Source: an uncultured bacterium (GTDB lineage: Bacteria; Macinerneyibacteriota; Macinerneyibacteria; Macinerneyibacteriales; DSCS01). From it: 17,862 nucleotides of DNA. Under the pieces are notes generated by a model. The model did no database searches. It was not told the DNA's origin and saw nothing but the letters and a program-made list of their open reading frames with translations. Shown piece by piece: positions 9,232-17,107 of the stretch; the stretch's first letter is position 1, and each line of letters opens with the position of its first letter. Location: NCBI GenBank assembly GCA_964548195.1, contig CAZJQC010000015.1:7157-25018 (forward strand), in the 5' to 3' direction. Both the position numbers and the translations under genes were made by a program.

Positions 9232-9257
9232 TGTCTGTAAATCAACGGAGGTAGCAT

Positions 9258-10649
9258 ATGAAAAACGTAACCGTCAGGGAAATAATGAGGGACCATTCAA
9301 GTTATCTTGAACATCGCGTATGTGTGCGCGGATGGGTGAGGACCATCAGAAATTCCAAAAATTTCGGGTTCATCGAACTTAATGACGGAAGTTTTTTTAA
9401 GAATATACAGATCGTCTTCGACGACGGGCTGGATAATTACGCCGAAGTGTCAAAGACCGGCACCGGCTCCTCTCTGGAGATCACCGGCAGACTTGTCGAA
9501 TCACCGGCCGCCAAACAGGCTGTGGAGCTCCATGCGGAATCCGTGAATATCGTCGGCGCATCAGGCGAGGATTATCCCATGCAGAAAAAACGCCATTCTT
9601 TTGAGTATCTGCGTGAAGTCGCGCATCTGCGCCCGAGGACAAACACCTTTACCGCGGTGTTCAGGGTAAGAAGCCTGCTGGCTTACGCCTTTCACAAGTT
9701 CTTTAATGAAAACGGATTTGTGTATGTCCATACCCCTCTGATCACGGCAAGCGACGCAGAGGGCGCCGGAGAGATGTTCAAGGTGACTACGCTCGACCTG
9801 GATAAGCTGCCCCGGAACGCGGAAGGCGGCATAGATTACAGCAGGGACTTCTTCGGCAAGAAGACATTCCTCACGGTGAGCGGACAGCTCAATGTGGAGA
9901 CATATTGCCAGAACTTCGGCAAGGTCTATACATTCGGCCCCGCGTTCCGGGCGGAGAACTCCAACACCACGCGCCATCTCTCGGAACTCTGGATGATAGA
10001 GCCTGAGATGGCTTTTTCAGATATCAACGTGAATATGGATGTGTCCGAGGAGATGCTGAAGTATGTGCTGAACTATGTCATGGAAAACGCTCCGGAAGAG
10101 ATGGAGTTCTTTGACAGGTTCATACAGAAGGGCATACTTGAAAAACTCAATCATGTGGTGACGTCGGAATTTGCCCGCATCACATACACGGAGGCCATAG
10201 AAAAACTAAAAAACGCGGGCAGGGATTTCCAATATAAGCCGGAATGGGGGATCGACCTTCAGACCGAACACGAACGGTATCTGGCCGAAGAGGAATACAA
10301 AAGGCCGGTCTTTGTGACCGACTACCCGAAGGGCATCAAGGCCTTTTACATGAAACTCAATGAGGATAAAAAGACCGTGCGCGGCATGGACCTCCTGGTG
10401 CCCGGCGTGGGCGAGCTTATAGGCGGAAGCCAGCGTGAGGAGAACTATGACGTGCTCATAGAGAGAATAGCCGAATGCGGATTGAACAAAGAGGATTACA
10501 CCTGGTATCTGGACCTGAGAAAGTACGGCTCCACGCCGCACTCTGGCTTCGGCATAGGCTTTGAAAGGGCAGTGATGTATGTCACGGGCATGGAAAACAT
10601 CAGAGACGTCATACCCTTTCCAAGGGTGCCCAAGAACGCCGATTTTTAA
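9258..10649 (+). CDS. asnS: Asparagine--tRNA ligase
   Basis: OB-fold start [32 protein letters not shown], motif 2 [31 protein letters not shown], motif 3 [11 protein letters not shown] and RDVIPFPR. Confidence 0.97.
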   Translation: MKNVTVREIMRDHSSYLEHRVCVRGWVRTIRNSKNFGFIELNDGSFFKNIQIVFDDGLDNYAEVSKTGTGSSLEITGRLVESPAAKQAVELHAESVNIVGASGEDYPMQKKRHSFEYLREVAHLRPRTNTFTAVFRVRSLLAYAFHKFFNENGFVYVHTPLITASDAEGAGEMFKVTTLDLDKLPRNAEGGIDYSRDFFGKKTFLTVSGQLNVETYCQNFGKVYTFGPAFRAENSNTTRHLSELWMIEPEMAFSDINVNMDVSEEMLKYVLNYVMENAPEEMEFFDRFIQKGILEKLNHVVTSEFARITYTEAIEKLKNAGRDFQYKPEWGIDLQTEHERYLAEEEYKRPVFVTDYPKGIKAFYMKLNEDKKTVRGMDLLVPGVGELIGGSQREENYDVLIERIAECGLNKEDYTWYLDLRKYGSTPHSGFGIGFERAVMYVTGMENIRDVIPFPRVPKNADF

Positions 10650-10675
10650 GACTTGTCTTATCTCGTATATATATT

Positions 10676-10705
10676 AAGCGGGGCCTTTTTTGCCCCGCTT
10701 TTTTT
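10676..10705 (+). terminator. Rho-independent terminator of asnS
   Basis: AAGCGGGGC-N7-GCCCCGCTT stem running into a T7 tract (10699-10705). Confidence 0.9.
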
Positions 10706-10766
10706 ATCGCTTATCATACTCATTTATATTCAAAGAAGAATTAGGCGTCAAGTTTTTGACACGATG

Positions 10767-10782
10767 TGGATATCGGTTTCCA
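10767..10782. promoter_or_regulatory. Imperfect 16-bp CG-centred palindrome (LacI/GalR-type operator-like)
   Basis: TGGATATCGGTTTCCA, located 5 bp downstream of TTGACA (10756-10761) and similar to the etf promoter repeat arms. Confidence 0.4.
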
Positions 10783-10822
10783 ACTTGTTTTTATTCAATA
10801 AAATAGAAAGTATATAAAGCGC

Positions 10823-10848
10823 AGGCCCGGTCCCGGTGGGCCGGGCCT
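10823..10848 (-). terminator. GC-rich hairpin just after the beta-propeller gene stop (probable terminator)
   Basis: AGGCCCGGTCC-CGGT-GGGCCGGGCCT, 6 bp from the stop. On the minus strand it is followed by an imperfect T-rich tract (GCGCTTTATATACTTTCTATTTT). Confidence 0.6.
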
Positions 10849-10854
10849 ATGCTC

Positions 10855-12342
10855 TTAATCGAAAAACGGGGCTTCTTTTTTTACGTCGAGCGTGAGTTTC
10901 GCATTGCGGCCTTTTTTGCCGAAAAATCTGAACGTGTCCTGTTCCAGGTCTATGACAGCGAACCCGCTGCGTAAAGAGTTCAGAATAAGTTTGCCCTCGT
11001 TGAAATCGTGCATCTTGATATGATATTTTTGAATAAGGTCGTATTCATCGCCGCTGTCATTCAAATACAGACGTATGCTCTTTATTATCGCGCCGGTATC
11101 GGCATCGATCTGCAGTATCGTGTTCTTAAAGAGTATGTAAAAGCGGCCTTTGTCAATAAAAACAGTGGCTGAGTTCAGATCATGTATACTTGTATGTTCA
11201 AGTGTCTCTTTCCAGAGTTCTTTTCCCGTTTTTATGTTCAGCATGGCTACTGCCATTATATCGGGACTGTCTTCAGTCTTGGGGCGTTTTGTCATGATAA
11301 TGGGCAGGTAATCATGTTTCAGATAATAGTATACCGACTTTGCGGCGGAGGAATGTGTATGTTCCCACGCGAACAGGTCTCCGAAATACCAGCCTTCGGG
11401 CAGTCTGTAAACCCACTCTTTTTTGCCGCCATAACTGTATTTTGCGAAATATTCATCTTTATTGCTGTCATTTTGTATGATAAACCCGTCGTCGTCATAC
11501 ATGGTGAAAAAAGCATGCTGCAGTTCCGGCCTGTGAAAGAGCCGCTTTTCCCTGCCCGTCTCAAGGTTCCTGCGTATGAGAGCGCCCGCTCTGTCGATGT
11601 AGTAATAATACCCGTCACGCTGAAGCCCCGGGTTGTAGTTTTTTGTGATCAGCCTCTGGTCGGCGGGGTCAGTCTTTGAAAGAATGAGCGTCTCAGGCAT
11701 ATCATACATAGTGATGTATTTTTCCTTTGTGTCTTCCGCGCCCTGAGGGAAAGCGATGAACTGTTCATCCGTCTCAAGTCTTGTGTTGGTGATCTCGCTG
11801 CCGTCCTTTTTTACGGAGGTCACTGTGAGCGTGTATTCGGGATGCTCGACCCTGAAAAAATAGGTGGAGAAAAAGAGTATCCTGTCCTCAAGCTGCAGAT
11901 AGGGTACATACAACGCAGGCTGGATCCTGTCCCCGGGTATATGGTCCTTCAGCTTGACAGCAAGCGTCTTTTCGCCGGTCACTTTGTCGTATCCAAGAAG
12001 ATAATACATCTCATCCATGTCATGAATATAATAATAGAGATTCGCTTTGTCCGTGAACAGCGCGGGCAGGTCCCGGTGGTTCTGATGGTTCAAATGATGG
12101 CCCGTATGCATCTTTTTCTTCCAGAGCGTTTTCCCGGTCGCTTCCTCGATCTTCTTTATTGTATGCTTTTCCCTGGGGAACTTGCCGTATTCCTCGACCA
12201 CATAGACATATTTCCCATCCTCCATACGCAAGGCCTCGATGCTCTTTTCGGGATCTATGTGCTTCCTGTATACCTGTGTGTAAAAAAGCGGAAGAAATAT
12301 CCCCGCTGCGATAATGATCCATGTGATCTTCTTTCCGTTCAT
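10855..12342 (-). CDS. Membrane-anchored PQQ-like/BamB-like beta-propeller repeat protein
   Basis: N-terminal TM segment KKITWIIIAAGIFLPLFY. Repeated blade motifs EATGKTLWK, DKVTGEK, NLETGRE, GGKKEWVY, NIKTGKELWK and DADTGAI. GGAG RBS. Confidence 0.75.
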   Translation of the reverse strand: MNGKKITWIIIAAGIFLPLFYTQVYRKHIDPEKSIEALRMEDGKYVYVVEEYGKFPREKHTIKKIEEATGKTLWKKKMHTGHHLNHQNHRDLPALFTDKANLYYYIHDMDEMYYLLGYDKVTGEKTLAVKLKDHIPGDRIQPALYVPYLQLEDRILFFSTYFFRVEHPEYTLTVTSVKKDGSEITNTRLETDEQFIAFPQGAEDTKEKYITMYDMPETLILSKTDPADQRLITKNYNPGLQRDGYYYYIDRAGALIRRNLETGREKRLFHRPELQHAFFTMYDDDGFIIQNDSNKDEYFAKYSYGGKKEWVYRLPEGWYFGDLFAWEHTHSSAAKSVYYYLKHDYLPIIMTKRPKTEDSPDIMAVAMLNIKTGKELWKETLEHTSIHDLNSATVFIDKGRFYILFKNTILQIDADTGAIIKSIRLYLNDSGDEYDLIQKYHIKMHDFNEGKLILNSLRSGFAVIDLEQDTFRFFGKKGRNAKLTLDVKKEAPFFD

Positions 12343-12499
12343 AACACTCCTTTATTTTTATATGCCGCCATGTGCCCGGGAAACGGCTGTGACATATTGT
12401 TTGTCGGCAAAGCGCGTCATCGCAGTCTTTTCCGCGCGATATTTCCCCGCCCGGTATTTTAAAAAAAGGTCCGGAACAGTGCCGCGCGGCACAGTAATA

Positions 12500-13450
12500 T
12501 CAATATTGCTCCGGCCGTTGAGAAAGCTGCCAGAATGTCTTGCCGCCGATCGTGACCCGCCATTTTCCGTTGAGATCCTCGTCCCTTGTGACCTTGGATA
12601 TGGGCTTCTTAATGATGCGGGGAGGATCGATGTTCTTCTCTACCAGTTTTCCACCCTCTATCTCCTCGTCCCCGGATATCACGGAATCCACGATCTCGCC
12701 GCCTTCGAGCAGCATGACAGTGGTCAATGTGAGGACGAGAGTGTCTCCCTCTATCTCATATACGCCTTTGACAGATGTCTCTCTTTCCAGTGCGTCATAA
12801 TCGGATTTGTGAAAGACAAACCTGCGGTCGGGAAAAAACTGCAGCAGTTCATTGAAGCCCGCTGATACATGCGGCGCCGCATGCCACACGCCGATCATGG
12901 CCAGTTCGTCCGGTGACAGCGCTTTTTTGTATTTGAGTATCAATTCGGAGACGCTTGAAAATTCATTCATAAATGAAAGACGTTTATCCTCTGATATCTG
13001 TTTGAAATCCGTAAATCCCGCCTTTAAGGCTTTTTCCAGATATTTCTCCGAGATCTCAAAATCTCCGTCCAGTGAAGCCGCACAGGCCATATTATAATAC
13101 AGTTCATACTTTTTTTCGTACCCCAGATGATCAGCGACATTGTAAGCCTTCAGGCTTACAGCGTATTCGCCGTTTTCCATGAGCGCGTCGCCCAGCTGAA
13201 AATAGATATGCGGCGCGGGGAAAAGCTTTGCCGCCTCCTCATACAGGGGGACGCTTTTATCCGGCGCATGTTCAAACTTCAATTGATGATGCGCCTTGCT
13301 CATCACGTCACTTGCCGCAAGCTCGTCTTCTTTTGTGGCGGACTCAAGCCGTTTCCGGACCTTTTCCACGTCATAAATCGCATCCCTTGAACCGCAGCCT
13401 GTTATTGTCAATATCGTCATGATCAATGTGAACGTCAGAAACTTCGGCAC
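12500..13450 (-). CDS. TPR-repeat lipoprotein with a beta-rich C-terminal domain (316 aa)
   Basis: GGAGG RBS precedes GTG at 13450, not the track's 13519 start. Signal peptide MPKFLTFTLIMTILT followed by lipobox ITGC. TPRs IYFQLGDALMENGEY and YYNMACAASLDGD..YLEKALKAGF. C-terminal IGVW..KGVYEIEGDTLVL segment. Confidence 0.8.
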   Translation of the reverse strand: MPKFLTFTLIMTILTITGCGSRDAIYDVEKVRKRLESATKEDELAASDVMSKAHHQLKFEHAPDKSVPLYEEAAKLFPAPHIYFQLGDALMENGEYAVSLKAYNVADHLGYEKKYELYYNMACAASLDGDFEISEKYLEKALKAGFTDFKQISEDKRLSFMNEFSSVSELILKYKKALSPDELAMIGVWHAAPHVSAGFNELLQFFPDRRFVFHKSDYDALERETSVKGVYEIEGDTLVLTLTTVMLLEGGEIVDSVISGDEEIEGGKLVEKNIDPPRIIKKPISKVTRDEDLNGKWRVTIGGKTFWQLSQRPEQY

Positions 13451-13472
13451 GCTTCCCTCCTTTAAAAAGATA

Positions 13473-13500
13473 ATCTTATCAGTTGACTGCTGATTGTCAA
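13473..13500 (-). promoter_or_regulatory. sigma70-type promoter of the TPR lipoprotein gene
   Basis: Minus strand TTGACA (13500-13495), 16 bp spacer, TAAGAT (13478-13473) with an extended -10 TG. Confidence 0.65.
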
Positions 13501-13641
13501 TAATCGGAAGAGACGGCAACGCGCTAAACTTGTCTTAAGACCATCAAAACGCTACGAGACGGATAATCATATGGCCGGCGTGAAAAGCGCATGACGCCAT
13601 TGAAACGCATATGCTACGAAAATCCGGAGATCAAAAAATAC

Positions 13642-13670
13642 TTGTAAGCGGGGCCATGCTATTGTAGAAT
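13642..13670 (+). promoter_or_regulatory. sigma70-type promoter of lipBA (probably leaderless)
   Basis: TTGTAA, 17 bp spacer, TAGAAT. ATG follows 5 nt after the -10 with no SD. Confidence 0.6.
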
Positions 13671-13675
13671 TCGTG

Positions 13676-14329
13676 ATGTTTGAGAATAAAAGACTCGATA
13701 CACTGAAGTTTGATATCAAACCCTATAAGGAAGCTCTTGACCTGCAGTTTTCCCTCGTGGAGAAAAGGCAGAACGAAGAGGTGAACGATACGCTCGTGCT
13801 TCTGCAGCATCCACCGGTCATAACATACGGCAAGCGCACCGACGGGGGCGACATACTGCTGCCGGACGAGGCCATGAAAAGACTGGGCGTGGAACTCTTT
13901 CCCGTGGGAAGAGGCGGCGAGGCCACATATCACGGCCCCGGCCAGATCGTGGGGTACCCGATCATCAATCTCTATAGATTTGAAAGAAGCGTCAAGAAAT
14001 TCGTACACACACTGGAGGATGTCTTCATCGCATTATTGAATGAGGAGTTTGATATACCGGCAAAAAAGGATCCCGATCATATCGGCGTCTGGGTCGGCGA
14101 CGAAAAAATAACGGCGATCGGCATCGCCGTAAAAAGAGGCGTGACGATGCACGGCTTTGCCTTTAACGTCAACACCGACCTCTCTCATTTTAACTGGATC
14201 GTGCCGTGCGGCATAAGGGACAAAGGCGTCACTTCTATGGAGAAGATACTCGGTGAGCCGCAGGACATGGACAGGGTCACGGGCCTTGTGGATACATATT
14301 TCAGGAGGACATTCAAATATGAACAATGA
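13676..14329 (+). CDS. lipB: Lipoyl(octanoyl) transferase
   Basis: Motifs [39 protein letters not shown] and IVPCG. Start is ATG 13676, or GTG 13673. Confidence 0.96.
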   Translation: MFENKRLDTLKFDIKPYKEALDLQFSLVEKRQNEEVNDTLVLLQHPPVITYGKRTDGGDILLPDEAMKRLGVELFPVGRGGEATYHGPGQIVGYPIINLYRFERSVKKFVHTLEDVFIALLNEEFDIPAKKDPDHIGVWVGDEKITAIGIAVKRGVTMHGFAFNVNTDLSHFNWIVPCGIRDKGVTSMEKILGEPQDMDRVTGLVDTYFRRTFKYEQ

Positions 14330-15179
14330 ATATAAACGCAAACCTTCCTGGCTCACGGTAAAGGTGAGAAGCGGGGAGAAAACAAATAAAGTCAGGGATG
14401 TGTTGAAGACCATGTCCCTCCATACCGTATGCGAGGAGGCCAACTGCCCCAACAGGATGGAGTGTTTTTCAAAACAGACGGCCACCTTCCTTATACTGGG
14501 CAATGTCTGCACAAGGTCCTGCAGGTTCTGCAATATCACAAATGCCGTGGCGCTTCCCCCGGATCCGGACGAACCGGAGCGCGTTGCCGGAGCAATAAAA
14601 GAGCTCGGCCTGAGACATGCGGTCATAACATCCGTTACCAGAGACGACCTTGAAGACGGCGGCGCCTCCTATTTTGCGGAACTGATAGGCATGTCAAAAA
14701 AGCTCTCCCCCGGCACGTCGATAGAGGTGTTGATACCCGATTTTCAGGGCGATGAAGCTGCCCTTGATCTTGTGGTGAAGGCGGGACCGGATGTCATAAA
14801 CCATAACATAGAGACCATTAAGAGGCTGTATCCTGAAGTCAGGCCTCAGGCGGTTTATGAAAGGTCACTTGAACTGATTTCAAGAGTCAGGGCCAAAGAC
14901 CCTGAAATACGGACCAAATCCGGCATTATGCTCGGACTCGGCGAGAGAGAAGAGGAAGTGCTCCGGGTATTTTCCGACCTTCTCGAAGCAGGATGCGATT
15001 TTCTGACCGTGGGCCAGTACCTCGCGCCGTCAAAATATCATTATGAGGTCAAAGAGTACATAACGCCTGAAAAATTTGAGTGTTACGGAAAAAAGGCCCT
15101 TCAAATGGGTTTTCAGGCAGTCGCGTCGGCGCCCTTTGTAAGGTCTTCCTACAACGCGGGTGATATGCTCCGCCCGTAG
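14319..15179 (+). CDS. lipA: Lipoyl synthase (radical SAM)
   Basis: Auxiliary cluster [12 protein letters not shown] (CX4CX5C), radical SAM motif [18 protein letters not shown] and RSSY. AGGAGG at 14303-14308 supports ATG 14319, overlapping lipB by 11 nt. Confidence 0.97.
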   Translation: MNNEYKRKPSWLTVKVRSGEKTNKVRDVLKTMSLHTVCEEANCPNRMECFSKQTATFLILGNVCTRSCRFCNITNAVALPPDPDEPERVAGAIKELGLRHAVITSVTRDDLEDGGASYFAELIGMSKKLSPGTSIEVLIPDFQGDEAALDLVVKAGPDVINHNIETIKRLYPEVRPQAVYERSLELISRVRAKDPEIRTKSGIMLGLGEREEEVLRVFSDLLEAGCDFLTVGQYLAPSKYHYEVKEYITPEKFECYGKKALQMGFQAVASAPFVRSSYNAGDMLRP

Positions 15180-15342
15180 CGTGTCTTTAAAGCGCTAACA
15201 GGCTTCAGGCCCATAAGCGCCGCTTTGTGTCTTTGCAGGCTGATTCATACGGAGCGTGTGTGTTTGTCTCCCGACGAAAAAAATCAGGAAATGGCGCAAA
15301 GGCATTCTGCAGACGTGAAACAGTAAACATCAAAAGAACGTG

Positions 15343-16080
15343 TCACAAACCCAGCAGTTTTCGGAGAGCCTTCGCCGTCTCGTCTATATCCGCTTCGATG
15401 TAATAGTCTGTCATCTCACGCGGGTATGCCACAGCCCCCATATTGACCACGGCGAGTCTTCCGCCGGCCATGCCGGCCAGTGACGCCGCCGGATATACGG
15501 TGAGCGAAGAGCCCATGACTATAAACAGGTCGGATCTTTTTGCCAGGCGCACGGATTCCTCAATATATTTCACAGCTTCCCCGAAAAAGACTATGTCGGG
15601 TTTCACCACGCCGCCGCACGCGCATCTTAATCCGCCGGTATTGAGCAACGTGTCGCGTATCCACTGAAAACCGTATTCCTCGCCGCAATCAAGGCAATGG
15701 CCTTTTGAGTAGCTGCCGTGAAACTCATAGACGTTTTTTGAGCCGGCAAGGGTGTGCAGTCCGTCTATGTTCTGTGTGATGATGCCGTCGAGCAGACCAT
15801 TCTCCTCAAGACGTGCCAGAAACTCATGGGCAGGCGTGGGCCTGAGCTCGTGCCGGACCGAAAGGAACTCCTTTGAAAAACGGAAGAAATGTGACGGGTC
15901 TCTTTTGAAATAATCCAGGTCGAAGGTCTTTTCGGCATCATACGCGCCGGTGGCATAGATGCCGTTTTTGCCCCTGAAGTCGGGTATGCCCGCCGAAGTC
16001 GATATGCCCGCCCCGGTAAGGACGGCAACATGCTTTGCTTTTTTTATGGCTTCTGCCAGTTGAGATACGATTTTTTCCAT
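15343..16080 (-). CDS. cobB: NAD-dependent protein deacylase, Sir2/CobB family
   Basis: Motifs GAGISTSAGIPDFRG, TQNIDGLH, HGS, Zn ligands CLDC...CAC, KPDIVFFGE and GSSLTVYPAA. Confidence 0.93.
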   Translation of the reverse strand: MEKIVSQLAEAIKKAKHVAVLTGAGISTSAGIPDFRGKNGIYATGAYDAEKTFDLDYFKRDPSHFFRFSKEFLSVRHELRPTPAHEFLARLEENGLLDGIITQNIDGLHTLAGSKNVYEFHGSYSKGHCLDCGEEYGFQWIRDTLLNTGGLRCACGGVVKPDIVFFGEAVKYIEESVRLAKRSDLFIVMGSSLTVYPAASLAGMAGGRLAVVNMGAVAYPREMTDYYIEADIDETAKALRKLLGL

Positions 16081-16086
16081 GCTCTT

Positions 16087-16114
16087 ATTATATACGGACG
16101 CCGGGCGCGGTCAA
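16087..16114 (-). promoter_or_regulatory. sigma70-type promoter of the sirtuin gene (probably leaderless)
   Basis: Minus strand TTGACC, 16 bp spacer, TATAAT, then 6 nt to the ATG. Confidence 0.7.
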
Positions 16115-16125
16115 TATAAAGTCAC

Positions 16126-16154
16126 TTGATAAGACTCAATGCAAACTGTATAAT
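16126..16154 (+). promoter_or_regulatory. sigma70-type promoter of the pilin cluster (probably leaderless)
   Basis: TTGATA, 17 bp spacer, TATAAT, then 7 nt to ATG 16162. Confidence 0.7.
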
Positions 16155-16161
16155 AGGGTGT

Positions 16162-16641
16162 ATGAAAAACTATATCGGCGCCACACTTGTGGAATTTATT
16201 GCATCCATGGCCATAGCGGCCCTGCTCATAACCATGTTTCTCCATACCTTTACCACCATATTCATCATACATACCAAGGAGATCACCAGGGAAAAAGCGG
16301 ATACCGCGGCCGTGAAGATCATGGAAGAGATACTCTCATATGCCTATGACGACCTGCTGCTTGTTGATTCGCCCCCGGGCGCCGGCACCTCTTACGATTA
16401 CCCCGGGAACCCCATAACCATAGACGACAGGGACACAATATCCACGGCGGATGATGTCACGGCGCAGGCTGTATGGACTGTCGTGCAGAGGACTGACCCG
16501 GATGGGGGAAACGAGTACAAGGACATCTCTCTGATGCTGACATGGAATGAGATGATACCCGGCAGCGAAGGCGGGACCACAGGCTTTAAGACCGAGATAC
16601 TGACATACGATACCAGGAGATATGCCGATGCGCAGTATTAG
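16162..16641 (+). CDS. Minor type IV pilin/pseudopilin, PilV/GspI-like (159 aa)
   Basis: Class III signal MKNYIG|ATLVEFIASMAIAALL with Glu+5 and a hydrophobic helix, then A...MEEI and a C-terminal K.I.L.LTW strand. The track's TTG 16126 coincides with the -35 box, so ATG 16162 is preferred. Confidence 0.8.
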   Translation: MKNYIGATLVEFIASMAIAALLITMFLHTFTTIFIIHTKEITREKADTAAVKIMEEILSYAYDDLLLVDSPPGAGTSYDYPGNPITIDDRDTISTADDVTAQAVWTVVQRTDPDGGNEYKDISLMLTWNEMIPGSEGGTTGFKTEILTYDTRRYADAQY

Positions 16642-17107
16642 GAGCCGGGCCGGCGTGACATTGCTGGAGCTTACGGTCACCCTGTCGCTTTTCGGCATAG
16701 TCTCTTTCGGGCTGACAACGGCATATGTCATGGGCGCCAAAAGGGCGGATGAGGCTTTGCTTATGAGCGAGACGGCAACGATGACGGGCATGATAGCGGA
16801 AAAGATCACGTACGACATCAACCGCGCAAAGGATGTGTCATGGTCAGCAAATCAGCTTCTGATCACCCTTTATAATGACGAGACGGTCACGTATGAAGGG
16901 CTTGACGTATCCGGTAAAAAATATATAGCAAGGAACGGTATTCCCGTCATATCGTCGGATTATGCGGAATCGGAGTTCGAAGGCGTGCCGGTGATAAGCA
17001 CATTGGAAGATACGGTCAGCATGACTGTAAAAGTGGTGCTTAGTATGGGCGGCCAGGCGACACGGACTTCGGTCACATCGTTTACCGCGTATTGGAGGAA
17101 TTCATGA
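16628..17107 (+). CDS. Minor type IV pilin/pseudopilin, PilW/GspJ-like (159 aa)
   Basis: MRSIRSRAG|VTLLELTVTLSLFGIV with Glu+5, and a long helix ending ITYDINRA. AGGAG at 16615-16619 favours ATG 16628. Overlaps the upstream stop. Confidence 0.82.
   Translation: MRSIRSRAGVTLLELTVTLSLFGIVSFGLTTAYVMGAKRADEALLMSETATMTGMIAEKITYDINRAKDVSWSANQLLITLYNDETVTYEGLDVSGKKYIARNGIPVISSDYAESEFEGVPVISTLEDTVSMTVKVVLSMGGQATRTSVTSFTAYWRNS

Noticed and set aside
9201..9257. Possible T-box riboswitch upstream of asnS
   Set aside because: The gap is only 57 bp and is filled by the promoter and RBS. There is no T-box motif or leader terminator.
12343..12499. Possible riboswitch or terminator between the lipoprotein and propeller genes, including palindrome GTGCCGCGCGGCAC at 12479-12492
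   Set aside because: No riboswitch consensus recognised. The 5-bp stem is separated from the minus-strand T7 run by about 11 nt, so it is not a convincing terminator. An Rfam scan would settle it.
13520..13640. Short repeats upstream of lipB (GCTACGA twice, and ATGACGC shared in inverted form with 12414-12420)
   Set aside because: 7-bp matches with no regular spacing are at chance level. They do not form a CRISPR array, iteron set or REP element.
15180..15342. Possible ncRNA in the lipA-sirtuin gap (GTGTCTTT occurs twice)
   Set aside because: No promoter, strong hairpin or known RNA motif recognised.
15343..16080. Sirtuin as an anti-phage SIR2 effector (Thoeris/DSR-type) or class M sirtuin
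   Set aside because: It is a stand-alone Zn-binding metabolic-type deacylase with no defence partner, macrodomain or GcvH-L neighbour.
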